Source: an uncultured Candidatus Rokubacteria bacterium (lineage in GTDB: Bacteria > Methylomirabilota > Methylomirabilia > Rokubacteriales > DASRDR01). Taken from it: 64,000 nt of DNA. Both the position numbers and the translations under genes were made by a program. This document shows, piece by piece, positions 35,805 through 45,240 of this stretch. Below the pieces are notes generated by a model. The model had not been told where the DNA came from and made no database searches. It saw nothing but the letters and a program-made list of their open reading frames with translations. The stretch covers positions 128,001 to 192,000 of the forward strand of contig CAVPSB010000019.1 of NCBI GenBank assembly GCA_963708025.1. Direction: 5' to 3'. Positions within the stretch are counted from its first letter, which is position 1; every line of letters starts with the position of its first letter.

Positions 35805-37834
35805 CGGGCGATCAGGAGGAGGACGAGCAGCGCCACGAAGATGTACGCCAGGTAGAGGTTCGCGCTTCCCGACTGGATCCGCCGGGCCACGCCGGCCAGC
35901 CGCTGGGCGCCGACGAGGACGGGGAGGTAGAGCCACTCGTCGATGAGGGAGCGGGTCGGGTTCTCGTAGTGGATGGTCCGGACGAAGAAGCGGGACTCGG
36001 GGTGGAACTCGATGTCGAGCTGCTTCACCGGCCGATAGAGGACCGCGAAGATCCGCTTGAACGGCTGCGAGAACGCGGTGGCCGTGTACTCCATGCGTGC
36101 CGTCTGGAGACTTCGCCCGCAGCCCCACGTCTCGTAGCGACGGCTGTCGCGGCGGGCCCCCGCGAGCCGGAGCCCGAGGACGAGGGCGGCCAGCGCGAGC
36201 CCGAGGAGGAGCGCGACGGCGGCCGGCGCCAGGGTGCCGAACCCGTCGCCGACGGAGACGGTCAGGCCATCGCCGAGCACGAGCACCGGCGGCGCTCCGC
36301 CGCGGGCGCCGACGAGCGACGCGGCCAGCGCGACGAGGACCGGCAGGACGAAGGTCGCGCCGAGCCCGAGCCCCACGCACGCCGCGGCGAGCACCACCAT
36401 CGCCAGGCGCAGCGTCGCCGGGACCTCGTGGGCGCGAGCGGCGCTCTCGCTCCGGGGCAGCGCCAGGAAGCTGACGCCGAACGCCTTCACGAAGCAGGCG
36501 GCGGCCAGCCCACCGGTGAGGGCCAGTCCGGCCAGGCCCAGGACGAAGACGAGGTTCAGCCCGGGGCTGGGCACCCGGGCGCTCTGGAGCAGCGCCTGGA
36601 AGGTGAGCCACTCGCTGACGAAGCCGTTCAGCGGCGGGAGGGCGGCGATCGCGACCGAGCCCACGAGGAAGCAGGCCGCGGTCCACGGCATTCGCTTGAT
36701 CAGCCCCCCCATCGCCTCCATGTTTCGCGTTCCGGTCGCGTGCAGGACGGCGCCGGCCCCGAGGAACAGGAGGGCCTTGAACGTCGCGTGGTTGGCGGTG
36801 TGGTACAGGGCGGCGACCACCCCGAGCACGGCCAGGGCCTCGAGGCCGGTCGCCTGGAAGACCATCCCCGCCCCGAGCCCGAGCAGGATGATGCCGACGT
36901 TCTCGACGCTGTGGTAGGCGAGCAGGCGCTTGAGGTCGTGCTCGACCAGGGCGTAGAGAACGCCGAGGAGCGCGGAGGCGGCGCCGACGAGCAGGAGCAC
37001 GGCGCCCCACCAGGGCGGCCCGCCGCCGAGCCACTCGAAGCCGATGCGGAAGAGCCCGTAGACGCCGAGCTTGATCATCACGCCCGACATCAGGGCGGAG
37101 ACGTGGCTCGGCGCCGCCGGATGGGCGAGCGGCAGCCAGACGTGGACGGGGACCAGTCCTGCCTTGGAGCCGAAGCCGAGCGCGAGGAGCGCGAAGGCGA
37201 GGGTTCGGGTGCCCATCGGGAGCCCGCCGGCGAGGCGGACCCAGTCGGCGAAGCGATCGCTGCCGGTCGCCTGGGCGACCAGGAGCATCCCGGTAACGAG
37301 GCACGCCAGCCCGGCGTGCGTCACCAGCGCGTAGACCCAGCCCGCCCGGAGCACGCCGCGCTCCTCCGGGTCGGTGACGACCAGAAAGTAGGAGGCGAGC
37401 GACATCAGCTCCCAGACCACCAGGAACGTGAAGACGTTGGCGGCCAGCGGGACGAGCACCATCGCCGCCAGGAACGCGTTGTAGGCGACACCGAGTCCGG
37501 GGACGCCGCGCCGGCGCCCCGCGAGGTAGCCGATCGCATAGAGGGAGGTCGGGACCGCGGTGGCGCCCACGACCAGAAGGAAGAAGGCGCTCACGCCGTC
37601 GAGGACCAGCTCCACGCCGGGCGGTGGCAGGAGCCAGGGAACGGACGCCTCCCACCGGGACCCGGCGAGCCCCGCGAGGCCCGCCGCCGCGGTCGCCGCC
37701 GCCCCCACCGCGGCCAGCCCGTGGGCCGCCTGTCGCGCCGGGGCGGGCCGGGCGGCCAGCCCGAGCGCCGCCAGCGCCCCGGCCGCGTAGCTGCCCAGAG
37801 CCAGGGTCAGCAGGCCCGGGACGAGCGCGCTCAC
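35801..37834 (-). CDS. hyfB: HyfB-like antiporter-type membrane subunit
   Basis: WELMSL, HVWLPLAHPAAPSHVSALMSG, KRLLAYHSVEN, LPPLNGFVSEW, WGCG. Confidence 0.9.
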   Translation of the reverse strand: MSALVPGLLTLALGSYAAGALAALGLAARPAPARQAAHGLAAVGAAATAAAGLAGLAGSRWEASVPWLLPPPGVELVLDGVSAFFLLVVGATAVPTSLYAIGYLAGRRRGVPGLGVAYNAFLAAMVLVPLAANVFTFLVVWELMSLASYFLVVTDPEERGVLRAGWVYALVTHAGLACLVTGMLLVAQATGSDRFADWVRLAGGLPMGTRTLAFALLALGFGSKAGLVPVHVWLPLAHPAAPSHVSALMSGVMIKLGVYGLFRIGFEWLGGGPPWWGAVLLLVGAASALLGVLYALVEHDLKRLLAYHSVENVGIILLGLGAGMVFQATGLEALAVLGVVAALYHTANHATFKALLFLGAGAVLHATGTRNMEAMGGLIKRMPWTAACFLVGSVAIAALPPLNGFVSEWLTFQALLQSARVPSPGLNLVFVLGLAGLALTGGLAAACFVKAFGVSFLALPRSESAARAHEVPATLRLAMVVLAAACVGLGLGATFVLPVLVALAASLVGARGGAPPVLVLGDGLTVSVGDGFGTLAPAAVALLLGLALAALVLGLRLAGARRDSRRYETWGCGRSLQTARMEYTATAFSQPFKRIFAVLYRPVKQLDIEFHPESRFFVRTIHYENPTRSLIDEWLYLPVLVGAQRLAGVARRIQSGSANLYLAYIFVALLVLLLIAR

Positions 37835-38367
37835 CGGCGGTGGCGGTCGGGGTCGGCCCGCAGCATCGAGAGGACCGCGAGCAGGCCCTCGAGAAGCGCC
37901 CGCGGTGACGGCGGGCAGCCGGGGATGTGGACGTCGACGGGGACGACGGCGCCGACGCCACCCACCACCGCGTAGCTCCCGCGGAAGATGCCGGCGTCCA
38001 GGGCACAGTCACCGGCGGCCACCACCAGCTTGGGCGCCGGGGTCGCGTCGTAGGTGCGGCGCAGCGGCTCGGCCATGTTCCGGGTCACCGGGCCGGTGAC
38101 GAGCAGACAGTCGGCATGGCGCGGGGAGGCCACCACGTGGAGGCCGAAGCGCTCCAGGTCGTAGTAGGGGTTGGTGAGATTCGAGATCTCGAGCTCGCAC
38201 CCGTTGCACGACCCGGCGTCCACCTGCCGGATGTGGAGCGAGCGGCCGAAGAGGCGCCGGACCTCGTCGGCGAAGCGCCCGGCGAGCCGGTCGGGGACGG
38301 CCTCCACCGAGGGCGCCGGCTCCGTGACCAGGCCGGTCCGCAGGGCCTTGCGGAGCTGGTCGAGCAC
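37831..38367 (-). CDS. HyfI/NuoB-like Fe-S small subunit
   Basis: DAGSCNGCELE, SPRHAD, GDCA, PGCPP. Confidence 0.9.
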   Translation of the reverse strand: MLDQLRKALRTGLVTEPAPSVEAVPDRLAGRFADEVRRLFGRSLHIRQVDAGSCNGCELEISNLTNPYYDLERFGLHVVASPRHADCLLVTGPVTRNMAEPLRRTYDATPAPKLVVAAGDCALDAGIFRGSYAVVGGVGAVVPVDVHIPGCPPSPRALLEGLLAVLSMLRADPDRHRR

Positions 38368-38522
38368 GCTAGCTTCTTCGGGGGGGTCTCGGAAGACCCC
38401 CCCGATGCCCCCCCTCGGTTGCGCCGGCTGTTGGACGGCCTTCGGCCTTTGGGCCGGCGCCCGGAAGCTGGTCCCTCATCGGAATGGCTCGGCGCAGACC
38501 CCCACGACACTCGGACATGCCG

Positions 38523-38909
38523 CTATCGCCGGATCGGGCGCCGCGGCCGCCCGGCGTCGGCCCGGGAGACCCGCCCGGCCCGGTCCTCGGCCTGGAGCGC
38601 GCGGAGCAGGTCCTGGCTCACCGTCAGCCGGTTGTTGAACATCTGCCGGGCGACGTCGAGGAGCTGGAAGAGGGTCTCGTCCCGCACCCGGTAGCGGACC
38701 GTCGCCCCCTGCTTCTCGGCCTCGACGATGGCCTGGCGGCGGAGCACGGCGAGCTGCTGCGAGACCGCGGACTGGTCGAGGCCCAGCACGCGCTGGAGCT
38801 CTCCGACCGTCCCCTCGCCGTCCCGGAGCCGCTCGAGGATCCGGATCCGCGTCGGGTGGGCGAGGGCCTTGAAGAACTCCGCCTTGAACTGGTGCAGTGG
38901 CTCAGCCAT
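38523..38909 (-). CDS. ArsR/SmtB-family regulator
   Basis: KAEFFKALAHPTRIRILE, AVSQQLAVLR. Confidence 0.9.
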   Translation of the reverse strand: MAEPLHQFKAEFFKALAHPTRIRILERLRDGEGTVGELQRVLGLDQSAVSQQLAVLRRQAIVEAEKQGATVRYRVRDETLFQLLDVARQMFNNRLTVSQDLLRALQAEDRAGRVSRADAGRPRRPIRR

Positions 38910-38913
38910 ATCA

Positions 38914-38972
38914 GCATATTAGAATTTGATAATATGCGCGCGATGCTATCAGAGCGGCGTCGCGACTGTCAA
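38914..38972 (-). promoter_or_regulatory. sigma70 promoter with palindromic operator
   Basis: TTGACA-N18-TAGCAT (38972-38943); GCATATTA-N8-TAATATGC (38914-38937). Confidence 0.7.
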
Positions 38973-39138
38973 GCGATGAAGTTCCGGTTCACGCGGCGTC
39001 GCGCCGATCCTCCCGGCCGCGGGGCTCCCGTCAGCGCGCGAGGTCGCGCTTCTTCGCCCCGAACTCTTCCTGGCCGATCACCCGTCGATCGGTCCGAGCG
39101 CACCTCGGACCATCAGAGCCTCCTCGACCAGCCGGCGC

Positions 39139-40035
39139 CTACCTCACGATCAGCACCGAGACGGGCGCGCGGGTCAGGGCGCCCTCGGCGACGCTGCCGA
39201 GCAACAGGCGGGCGACCCCGCCGACACCGCGGGCGCCGAGCACAAGGAGATCCGCCCGATCGGCCGTGATGGTGCGGAGCAGCTCGGGGAGCGGAACGCC
39301 GAGGCGGACGATCGGGCGGGCACGCCAGCCGGCGCGGGTGAGCAGCGCGGCGGCTGCCTCGGCTTCTCGCCGGGCGCTCCGGACCGATCGGGCGGTGAGC
39401 TTCTCCGCCTGGGCCTGCACCGCCCCGCGGATGGAGGCGGGCGCCAGCCCCATCGACGGGACGCGGGTCGGCTCCACGACGCGCACCACCGTCGCGCGCC
39501 CGCCGGCCGGCGCCGGCAGCCCGGCGACGAAGCGCACGGCCTTCCCCGCGTTGGGGGACCCGTCGAGCCCGATCACCAGGCGCCGTACCGGACGAGGCCG
39601 TCCCTTCGCGACGAGCACCGGAATTCTGGCCTGGCGCACGAGACCGCGCGAGACGCTGCCCAGGATGAGGCGGCCGAGAGCGCCGTGCCCCCGTGAACCC
39701 ACGACGACGACGTCGGCCGCCGCCCGCCCGGCCTCGGTGAGGATGGCCGCGACGGCCGGCTGGTCCACCACGACGGCCTCGGCGTCCGGCCACCGCCGGC
39801 GGAGCGCGCGTCGAGCTCCGTCGCGGATCTGCGCCAGGCTCTGGTCGAGCGCGGCCCACACCGCGGCCGGCCAATCGGCCGCCACCTGGGCCCCGGTGAA
39901 GCCGCGGCGCGCGATCACCGCGCGAGCGCGCGAGCCCTGCGGCCACGGGGCCGCCACCGCCGTGGCCTGAGCCGCCCGCGCCGCCGGTGATCCGTCGGTC
40001 GCCACGAGGATCTGGAAGCGACCCGTCCTGGCCAT
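39139..40035 (-). CDS. Tandem universal stress protein
   Basis: Two USP domains: ILVATDGS...VGSRG...LGSVS and LVIGLDGS...LGARG...LGSVA. Confidence 0.9.
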   Translation of the reverse strand: MARTGRFQILVATDGSPAARAAQATAVAAPWPQGSRARAVIARRGFTGAQVAADWPAAVWAALDQSLAQIRDGARRALRRRWPDAEAVVVDQPAVAAILTEAGRAAADVVVVGSRGHGALGRLILGSVSRGLVRQARIPVLVAKGRPRPVRRLVIGLDGSPNAGKAVRFVAGLPAPAGGRATVVRVVEPTRVPSMGLAPASIRGAVQAQAEKLTARSVRSARREAEAAAALLTRAGWRARPIVRLGVPLPELLRTITADRADLLVLGARGVGGVARLLLGSVAEGALTRAPVSVLIVR

Positions 40036-40040
40036 GGCGG

Positions 40041-40175
40041 TCAGCGCCGCCGCCGGGACGGCTTGGCCGCCGTCCGCACGGCTTCCTTCCGCACGGCTTC
40101 CTCCCGGTTAACCGCGATGGCCGCGGCCGGGCGGCCCGACTTCTTGTTCTTGCCCTGGCTCTTACGGATGCCCAT
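40041..40175 (-). CDS. Small basic protein (44 aa), candidate
   Basis: GGGAGG RBS, MGIRKSQGKNKKSGRPAAAIAVNREEAVRKEAVRTAAKPSRRRR*, stop 5 nt before the USP ATG. Confidence 0.5.
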   Translation of the reverse strand: MGIRKSQGKNKKSGRPAAAIAVNREEAVRKEAVRTAAKPSRRRR

Positions 40176-40438
40176 CGGCGCCTCCCGCTCCCGCCCAACC
40201 GCGCGCGTTGACGGCGACGGTCCCGGCTGAACTCGCGATCAGGGGATCTAGCTCGATCTCCACGGCTCCGGCCAGTCTACCGCGAGCCGGGCCAATCGGG
40301 TCACCGACTCCGCGATCGGCGCGCGTCCCGTACCGGGCGGGCCGGGCGGGACGCGCCGGCGCGATCGCCCCGGGTGGGCGAGCGCGTGCGGTCGGGCGCC
40401 GGCCGCGACGCCGAGGCGATGGGAGTAGACTTGAAGCC

Positions 40439-40816
40439 ATGGGCTTCGTGGTCCGGGCGCTGGTCAACGCGCTGGCGATCTTCTTCGCGGCGGCGGTCGT
40501 ACCGGGGGTCGAGATCTCCGGGCCGCTGGCGGCGCTCGGCGCCGGCCTCGTGTTCGGGCTGATCAACGCGGTCGTCCGCCCGATCCTTCTCATCCTGACC
40601 CTGCCGCTGACGCTGCTGACGCTCGGCCTCTTCCTCTTCGTCCTGAACGGCTTCTGCTTCTGGCTCACCTCGGTCCTCGTGAAAGGGTTCGAGGTCCACG
40701 GCTTCTGGGCGGCCGTCTTCGGCGCGCTGCTGGTGAGTGTCGTGAGCTGGCTGGTCACGGCCTTCCTGAGTGACCGGGGCAAAGTCGTGGTGATCACCCG
40801 GCGCCAGGGCCTTTGA
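40439..40816 (+). CDS. YvlD-like 4-TM membrane protein (phage-holin-like family)
   Basis: GLINAVVRPIL..LTLPLTLLTLGLFLFVLNG. Confidence 0.85.
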   Translation: MGFVVRALVNALAIFFAAAVVPGVEISGPLAALGAGLVFGLINAVVRPILLILTLPLTLLTLGLFLFVLNGFCFWLTSVLVKGFEVHGFWAAVFGALLVSVVSWLVTAFLSDRGKVVVITRRQGL

Positions 40817-40862
40817 GATTCCTCGGGGGGGTCTCGGAAGCCCCCTTCGAGGTCGTGAATCG

Positions 40863-41861
40863 GTGAAAGCAATGCTCGTGCGCCGCCCGGCCCCGATCCA
40901 CTCGCGGCCGCTCGAGCCGACCGAGGTCCCGGCGCCTATCCCGGGGGCGGGTGAGCTCCTCGTCCGCGTGCTCGCCTGCGCGATCTGCCGGACCGACCTC
41001 CACGTCATCGAGGGCGAGCTGCCGCCCCGCCGCCTGCCGCTCATCCCCGGCCACCAGGCGGTCGGCCTCGTCGAGGCCCTCGGCTCCGACGCCGCCCGCT
41101 TTGGCCCGGGCGACCGGGTCGGCATCGCCTGGCTCCGCCACACCGACGGGACCTGCGCCTTCTGCCGGGCCGGCGCCGAGAACCTGTGCGAGGCCTCGCG
41201 CTACACGGGCTACCACGCCGACGGCGGCTACGCCGAGCTGGCCGTCGTTCCCGCAGCGTTCGCCTACCCGATCCCGCCGGCGTTCTCGGACCTCGACGCG
41301 GCGCCCCTCCTCTGCGCGGGGATCATCGGCTATCGGGCGCTCCGCCGGAGCGAGGTGCCGCGCGGCGGGCGGCTCGGCCTGTACGGCTTCGGCTCCTCGG
41401 CTCACGTGGTGCTCCAGATCGCCCGCCATCGCGGGTCGGAGGTCTTCGTCGCCACCCGGGGCGAGGGCCACCGCGCGCTCGCCCGTCGTCTCGGCGCGGC
41501 CTGGGTCGGCGAGTCCACCGCCGCGATGCCGGTCGCCCTCGACGCCGCCATCGTCTTCGCCCCGGCCGGCGAGCTCGTTCCGGTCGCGCTCCGCGCGATC
41601 CGGAAGGGCGGGCGGGTCGTGCTGGCCGGCATCCACATGACGCCGGTGCCGGCGATGGAGTATGCCGAACATCTCTTCCACGAGAAGACGCTGACGAGCG
41701 TCGAGGCCAACACGCGCACCGACGGCGAGGAGCTCCTGCGGGAGGCGGCCGCGATCCCGATCCGGCCGGCCGTCACCCCGTTCCCGCTCGCCGAGGCGAA
41801 CGAGGCGCTGATCCGCTTGAAGGACGACCGGATCGACGGGACGGGCGTCCTGCTGCCGTGA
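40863..41861 (+). CDS. Zinc-binding alcohol dehydrogenase family protein
   Basis: CRTDLH, PGHQ, C..C....ENLC, APLLCAG, GLYGFGSSA. Confidence 0.9.
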   Translation: MKAMLVRRPAPIHSRPLEPTEVPAPIPGAGELLVRVLACAICRTDLHVIEGELPPRRLPLIPGHQAVGLVEALGSDAARFGPGDRVGIAWLRHTDGTCAFCRAGAENLCEASRYTGYHADGGYAELAVVPAAFAYPIPPAFSDLDAAPLLCAGIIGYRALRRSEVPRGGRLGLYGFGSSAHVVLQIARHRGSEVFVATRGEGHRALARRLGAAWVGESTAAMPVALDAAIVFAPAGELVPVALRAIRKGGRVVLAGIHMTPVPAMEYAEHLFHEKTLTSVEANTRTDGEELLREAAAIPIRPAVTPFPLAEANEALIRLKDDRIDGTGVLLP

Positions 41862-41877
41862 TCGAAGGGAGATAAGG

Positions 41878-42312
41878 ATGAAGCCGCTGCCGCATCACTA
41901 CCAGGCTCGACTGACCGGTGGGCCGACCGGGTACGCGACGGTGTCGGTTGCCGGCGTGCCCGACCTCCGCTCGGCGCCGCCCGCCGACTTCGACGGGCCC
42001 GGTGACGCGTGGAGCCCCGAGCACCTCGTGCTCGCCGCCGTCCAGACCTGCTTCCTCTTCACGCTGCGCGCCGTTGCCCGGGCCTCCCGGATCGATTTCC
42101 ACGCGCTCGAGCTCTCGGCCGAGGGGACGGTTGACCGACAGGACGGCGGGGTGCGCTTCACCGAGATCGTGCTCCGGCCGCGGCTCACCCTCGCGCCCGG
42201 AGCCGATCGGGACCGCGCGTTGCGGGTGATGGAGAAGAGCGAGAAGACCTGCCTGGTGTCCGCTTCCCTGGCGACCGCGATCCGGCTCGAGCCGGAGATC
42301 GTGAGCGGATAG
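41878..42312 (+). CDS. OsmC-family protein
   Basis: PPADFDG...WSPE....A..TC and KTCLVS. Confidence 0.85.
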   Translation: MKPLPHHYQARLTGGPTGYATVSVAGVPDLRSAPPADFDGPGDAWSPEHLVLAAVQTCFLFTLRAVARASRIDFHALELSAEGTVDRQDGGVRFTEIVLRPRLTLAPGADRDRALRVMEKSEKTCLVSASLATAIRLEPEIVSG

Positions 42313-42461
42313 ACCCCCCGAAGTCCGCAGTTCGGGACCTCCCGCCCACCCGATCCTTCGACGGCCTTCGGCCTTTGGCCCCCCTCCCCGACCGTTGGAC
42401 GGCCTTCGGCCTTTGGCCGGGGGGGAGGGGGGAGTCGGAGGACCCACTCCTTCACAGCTTC

Positions 42462-42935
42462 TCAGTACCGGGCCCAGTACCCCGGCTGCCACGCCCAGGC
42501 GTAGCCGGTCCAGACCCAGTGGCCCGGGACCCAGACCGTGCGCGCCGCCGGGTACGGGTAGTAGGGATAGTTGGGGTAGTTAGGAGGGTAATACGGATCG
42601 TACCACCCCGGGGGTCGGCTCCAGCCCGGTGGCCGCCCTCCGTGACGGTCCCAGTCCGGTGACTGGCCACCCCAGTGGCGCGGCTGATCCGGAACGGAGT
42701 AGGCCTGCGGCGGCTGGGACGGCCCGGGCACCCCCCGGCTCGGCGGCGGCCCGTCTCCTGGTCGGCCGTGCACGCCCCCGAGGTCGGAGCCGGGTGGCTG
42801 GGTCGGCGCGGGCAGGAGCTGTCCCGGGCCCATCCCGGGACGCTGGGGCTGCATCGGGTTGCTCTGGGCCAGCGCCAGGACCGGGATGCCGAGCAGCACG
42901 ACCAGCACGGCTGTGACGCTTCGGATGGTGTTCAT
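42462..42935 (-). CDS. Exported Pro-rich protein with a WVPGHW/WQPGYW repeat
   Basis: Signal peptide (ALA-Q), low-complexity P/G/Y body, GGAGG RBS. Confidence 0.65.
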   Translation of the reverse strand: MNTIRSVTAVLVVLLGIPVLALAQSNPMQPQRPGMGPGQLLPAPTQPPGSDLGGVHGRPGDGPPPSRGVPGPSQPPQAYSVPDQPRHWGGQSPDWDRHGGRPPGWSRPPGWYDPYYPPNYPNYPYYPYPAARTVWVPGHWVWTGYAWAWQPGYWARY

Positions 42936-43148
42936 TGCTGCCTCCCTCGGTTCCGATTCCATCTTATCCGCTGGATCGGTTGGACGGCAAACGGCGCGAA
43001 GCCGATCGAGCCGGTCGAGCGCAGCGACCCGGATCCACAGAGCGCCCGAGCGGTCAGCGTCCGTGAACCAATGCCGGGGGCTCCTGTTCCCGCCGCCCAT
43101 CGGCTTCTCGCAACCCACTGGCCCAGGCCACGCGGCCGCGGTGTTCCA

Positions 43149-43222
43149 CTTCGAGCCGCGGCTCCGCCGCGGCCTCCGAGGGGGAGCCTCGGGGGGGTCT
43201 TCCGAGACCCCCCCGAGGCTCT
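43149..43222. repeat. Repeat family C copy
   Basis: Near-identical to 3549-3620; abuts the USP stop. Confidence 0.8.
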
Positions 43223-43683
43223 CAGCGCCCCCGCACGGTCAGCACCGGGCAGGTGGCCATCGCCAGCACCCGGGCGGCGACGCTGCCCAGGAACAGCCGG
43301 GCGAGCCCGGTCCGTCCGTGGGTCCCGATGACGAGGAGGTCGGCCCGCTTCGACTTCGCGGCGCGCACGATCGCCTCGTGCGGGGTGCCGGCCAGCAGGA
43401 GGCCACTGACCTGGACGCCGCCCGTGCGGGCTCGGGCCAGGAGGCGGTCGAGCTGTTTCTGAGCGGCCACCCGGATCGCGGCCTCCATCTGCTCGTACGT
43501 CTCGGGCAGCACGAAGCCCTCCCCGGCGGTGACGGGCACGACCGGAGCCAGGACGTGCACGATCGTCAGCGCCGCCCGGTTGGCCCGGGCGACGTCGACC
43601 GCGACCGCGGAGGCCTTCCGGGAGGCAGCCGAGAAATCGGTCGCGTGCAGGACGTCGTGGAACAGGGCCGTTCGCGATGGCAT
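43222..43683 (-). CDS. Universal stress protein
   Basis: ATDFS, IGTHGRTG...LGSVA, CPVLTV. Confidence 0.9.
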   Translation of the reverse strand: MPSRTALFHDVLHATDFSAASRKASAVAVDVARANRAALTIVHVLAPVVPVTAGEGFVLPETYEQMEAAIRVAAQKQLDRLLARARTGGVQVSGLLLAGTPHEAIVRAAKSKRADLLVIGTHGRTGLARLFLGSVAARVLAMATCPVLTVRGR

Positions 43684-43789
43684 GAGGGGCTCTCCTTCTT
43701 CGAATGCCGACCCGATTGGGGTGCGGCGATCGAATCCTGAGGCGGGCCCGGGCGACGCGCGCTCCGAGGCGTTCCGCGCGGGCCCACGC

Positions 43790-44977
43790 TCACTGGGGCC
43801 GCGAAGGTGTCCCGACAGGGACCGCCCGGCGCGGGTGGCGCCCGGCCGGCGCCTGCAGGCCGAGATTCGAGATGTCGCCCGGGAGCAGCGGCCGCTCCGG
43901 GAGCTTGTACTCGACCTCCCGGTACTCGCCCTCGCGGAAGACCATCAGCCGGAGCGTGTCGCCGACCTTCAGCCCGCGCGTCACCTCGAGGAGCCGCTCG
44001 GTGGAGTCGAGCCGCGTCCCGTTGACGCTGGTCACGACGTCCCCCCCCAGGAGGTACTCCCGGCCGGCCACGACCAGCTCGAGCTGGCCGCCGCGGAGCC
44101 CGGCCTTCTGCGCCGGGCTGTTCGGCTCGATCACCTCGATCAGCAGGCCCTCGACCAGGGGGGCGCGGAGCAGGTCGCGCAGTTCGTCGCCGACGAGCTG
44201 ACCGTGAAAGCCGATCCAGGGCCGGATGAACCGGCCCTTTTCCACGAGCGACGGGAGCACGAGCTTGACCAGGTTGCTCGGGATCGCGAAGCCGATGTTC
44301 CGCGCCTCCTGGAGGAGCGCGGTGTTGACGCCGACGACCTCGCCGCAGCGGTTGAGAAGCGGTCCCCCGGAGTTGCCGGGGTTGATCGGGGCGTCGGTCT
44401 GGATGAGCGGCTCCTGAACGGAGAACGGCGTGTCGGGAAGGATCCGGTTGAGTGCCGACACGACGCCCCGGGTGAGGGTCTGCTCGAGCCCGAGCGGGTT
44501 CCCGATCGCGAGCACCTCCTCGCCGACCCGGAGGCGATCGGAATCACCGAGCGGGAGCGCGGTCAGCTGGGTCTTGTCGGGCACCGGGATGCGCAGCACC
44601 GCCAGGTCGAAGATCGGGTCGGCTCCCACGACCTCCGCGGGCAGGGCGGTGCCGTCGTCGAGCGTGACCCGGAGAGACTGGCGCCCGAACGCGACGTGGG
44701 CGTTGGTGACGACGAGGCCGGAGGCGTGGACGACGAACCCGGAGCCCACCACGTGCGTGACCCGATCGGCGAGCTTGTGGGGGTTGATCGAGGTCGCCCC
44801 GACGAAGACCACCGCCGATGACGCCCGGTCGTAGATGTCCGGGACCGACTCCGCGCAGCGCTCCGAGCGCTCGGCGGCGGCCCCGGGCCGCGCTGCGCTG
44901 CACGCGGCCAGCAGGACGAGGAGTGGCAGCAGCGCGAGCGAACACGCCCGGCGGGGCGTGAGGATGTGGCCAGCCAT
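43790..44977 (-). CDS. HtrA/DegS-like serine protease with PDZ (probable lipoprotein)
   Basis: GSGF, TNAHV, DLAVL, IQTDAPINPGNSGGPL; LAAC lipobox. Confidence 0.9.
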   Translation of the reverse strand: MAGHILTPRRACSLALLPLLVLLAACSAARPGAAAERSERCAESVPDIYDRASSAVVFVGATSINPHKLADRVTHVVGSGFVVHASGLVVTNAHVAFGRQSLRVTLDDGTALPAEVVGADPIFDLAVLRIPVPDKTQLTALPLGDSDRLRVGEEVLAIGNPLGLEQTLTRGVVSALNRILPDTPFSVQEPLIQTDAPINPGNSGGPLLNRCGEVVGVNTALLQEARNIGFAIPSNLVKLVLPSLVEKGRFIRPWIGFHGQLVGDELRDLLRAPLVEGLLIEVIEPNSPAQKAGLRGGQLELVVAGREYLLGGDVVTSVNGTRLDSTERLLEVTRGLKVGDTLRLMVFREGEYREVEYKLPERPLLPGDISNLGLQAPAGRHPRRAVPVGTPSRPQ

Positions 44978-45134
44978 GGGCGAACCTCCCGGGTCGAGGC
45001 GCCGGGACGGCCCGGGGCCGCCGCCGGTCGCGTTGTCGCGCGGGGTGCCCGGCCTCGGCCGACCGCCCGCTCTGGACCATCGTAACCCCTACCGGTGTGT
45101 CCACCTCAGTCGCCCGGGGTGACCACGCATTAGA

Positions 45135-45240
45135 CTAGTTCCGTTCCAACTTGTCCAGCTAGTGCTTTCGGGGAATGCGGCAAGTCCGTGCTGCGAGAAT
45201 TGCTTGCCCATTTTGGCCCATGTAGTTGGAACGGCACTAG
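45135..45240. mobile_element. MITE family D, second copy
   Basis: CTAGTTCCGTTCCAACT...AGTTGGAACGGCACTAG; the right CTAG is the stop of the comE-like gene. Confidence 0.85.

Noticed and set aside
34857-38012. 1051-aa fused ORF in the track (likewise 32736-34778, 48794-50908, 59464-61743, 19528-21321)
   Set aside because: Only the C-terminal parts are real genes; the upstream parts overlap other genes out of frame.
40439-40816. Prophage suggested by the holin-like and excisionase-like domains
   Set aside because: Both families are common chromosomal genes; no integrase or structural phage genes are present.
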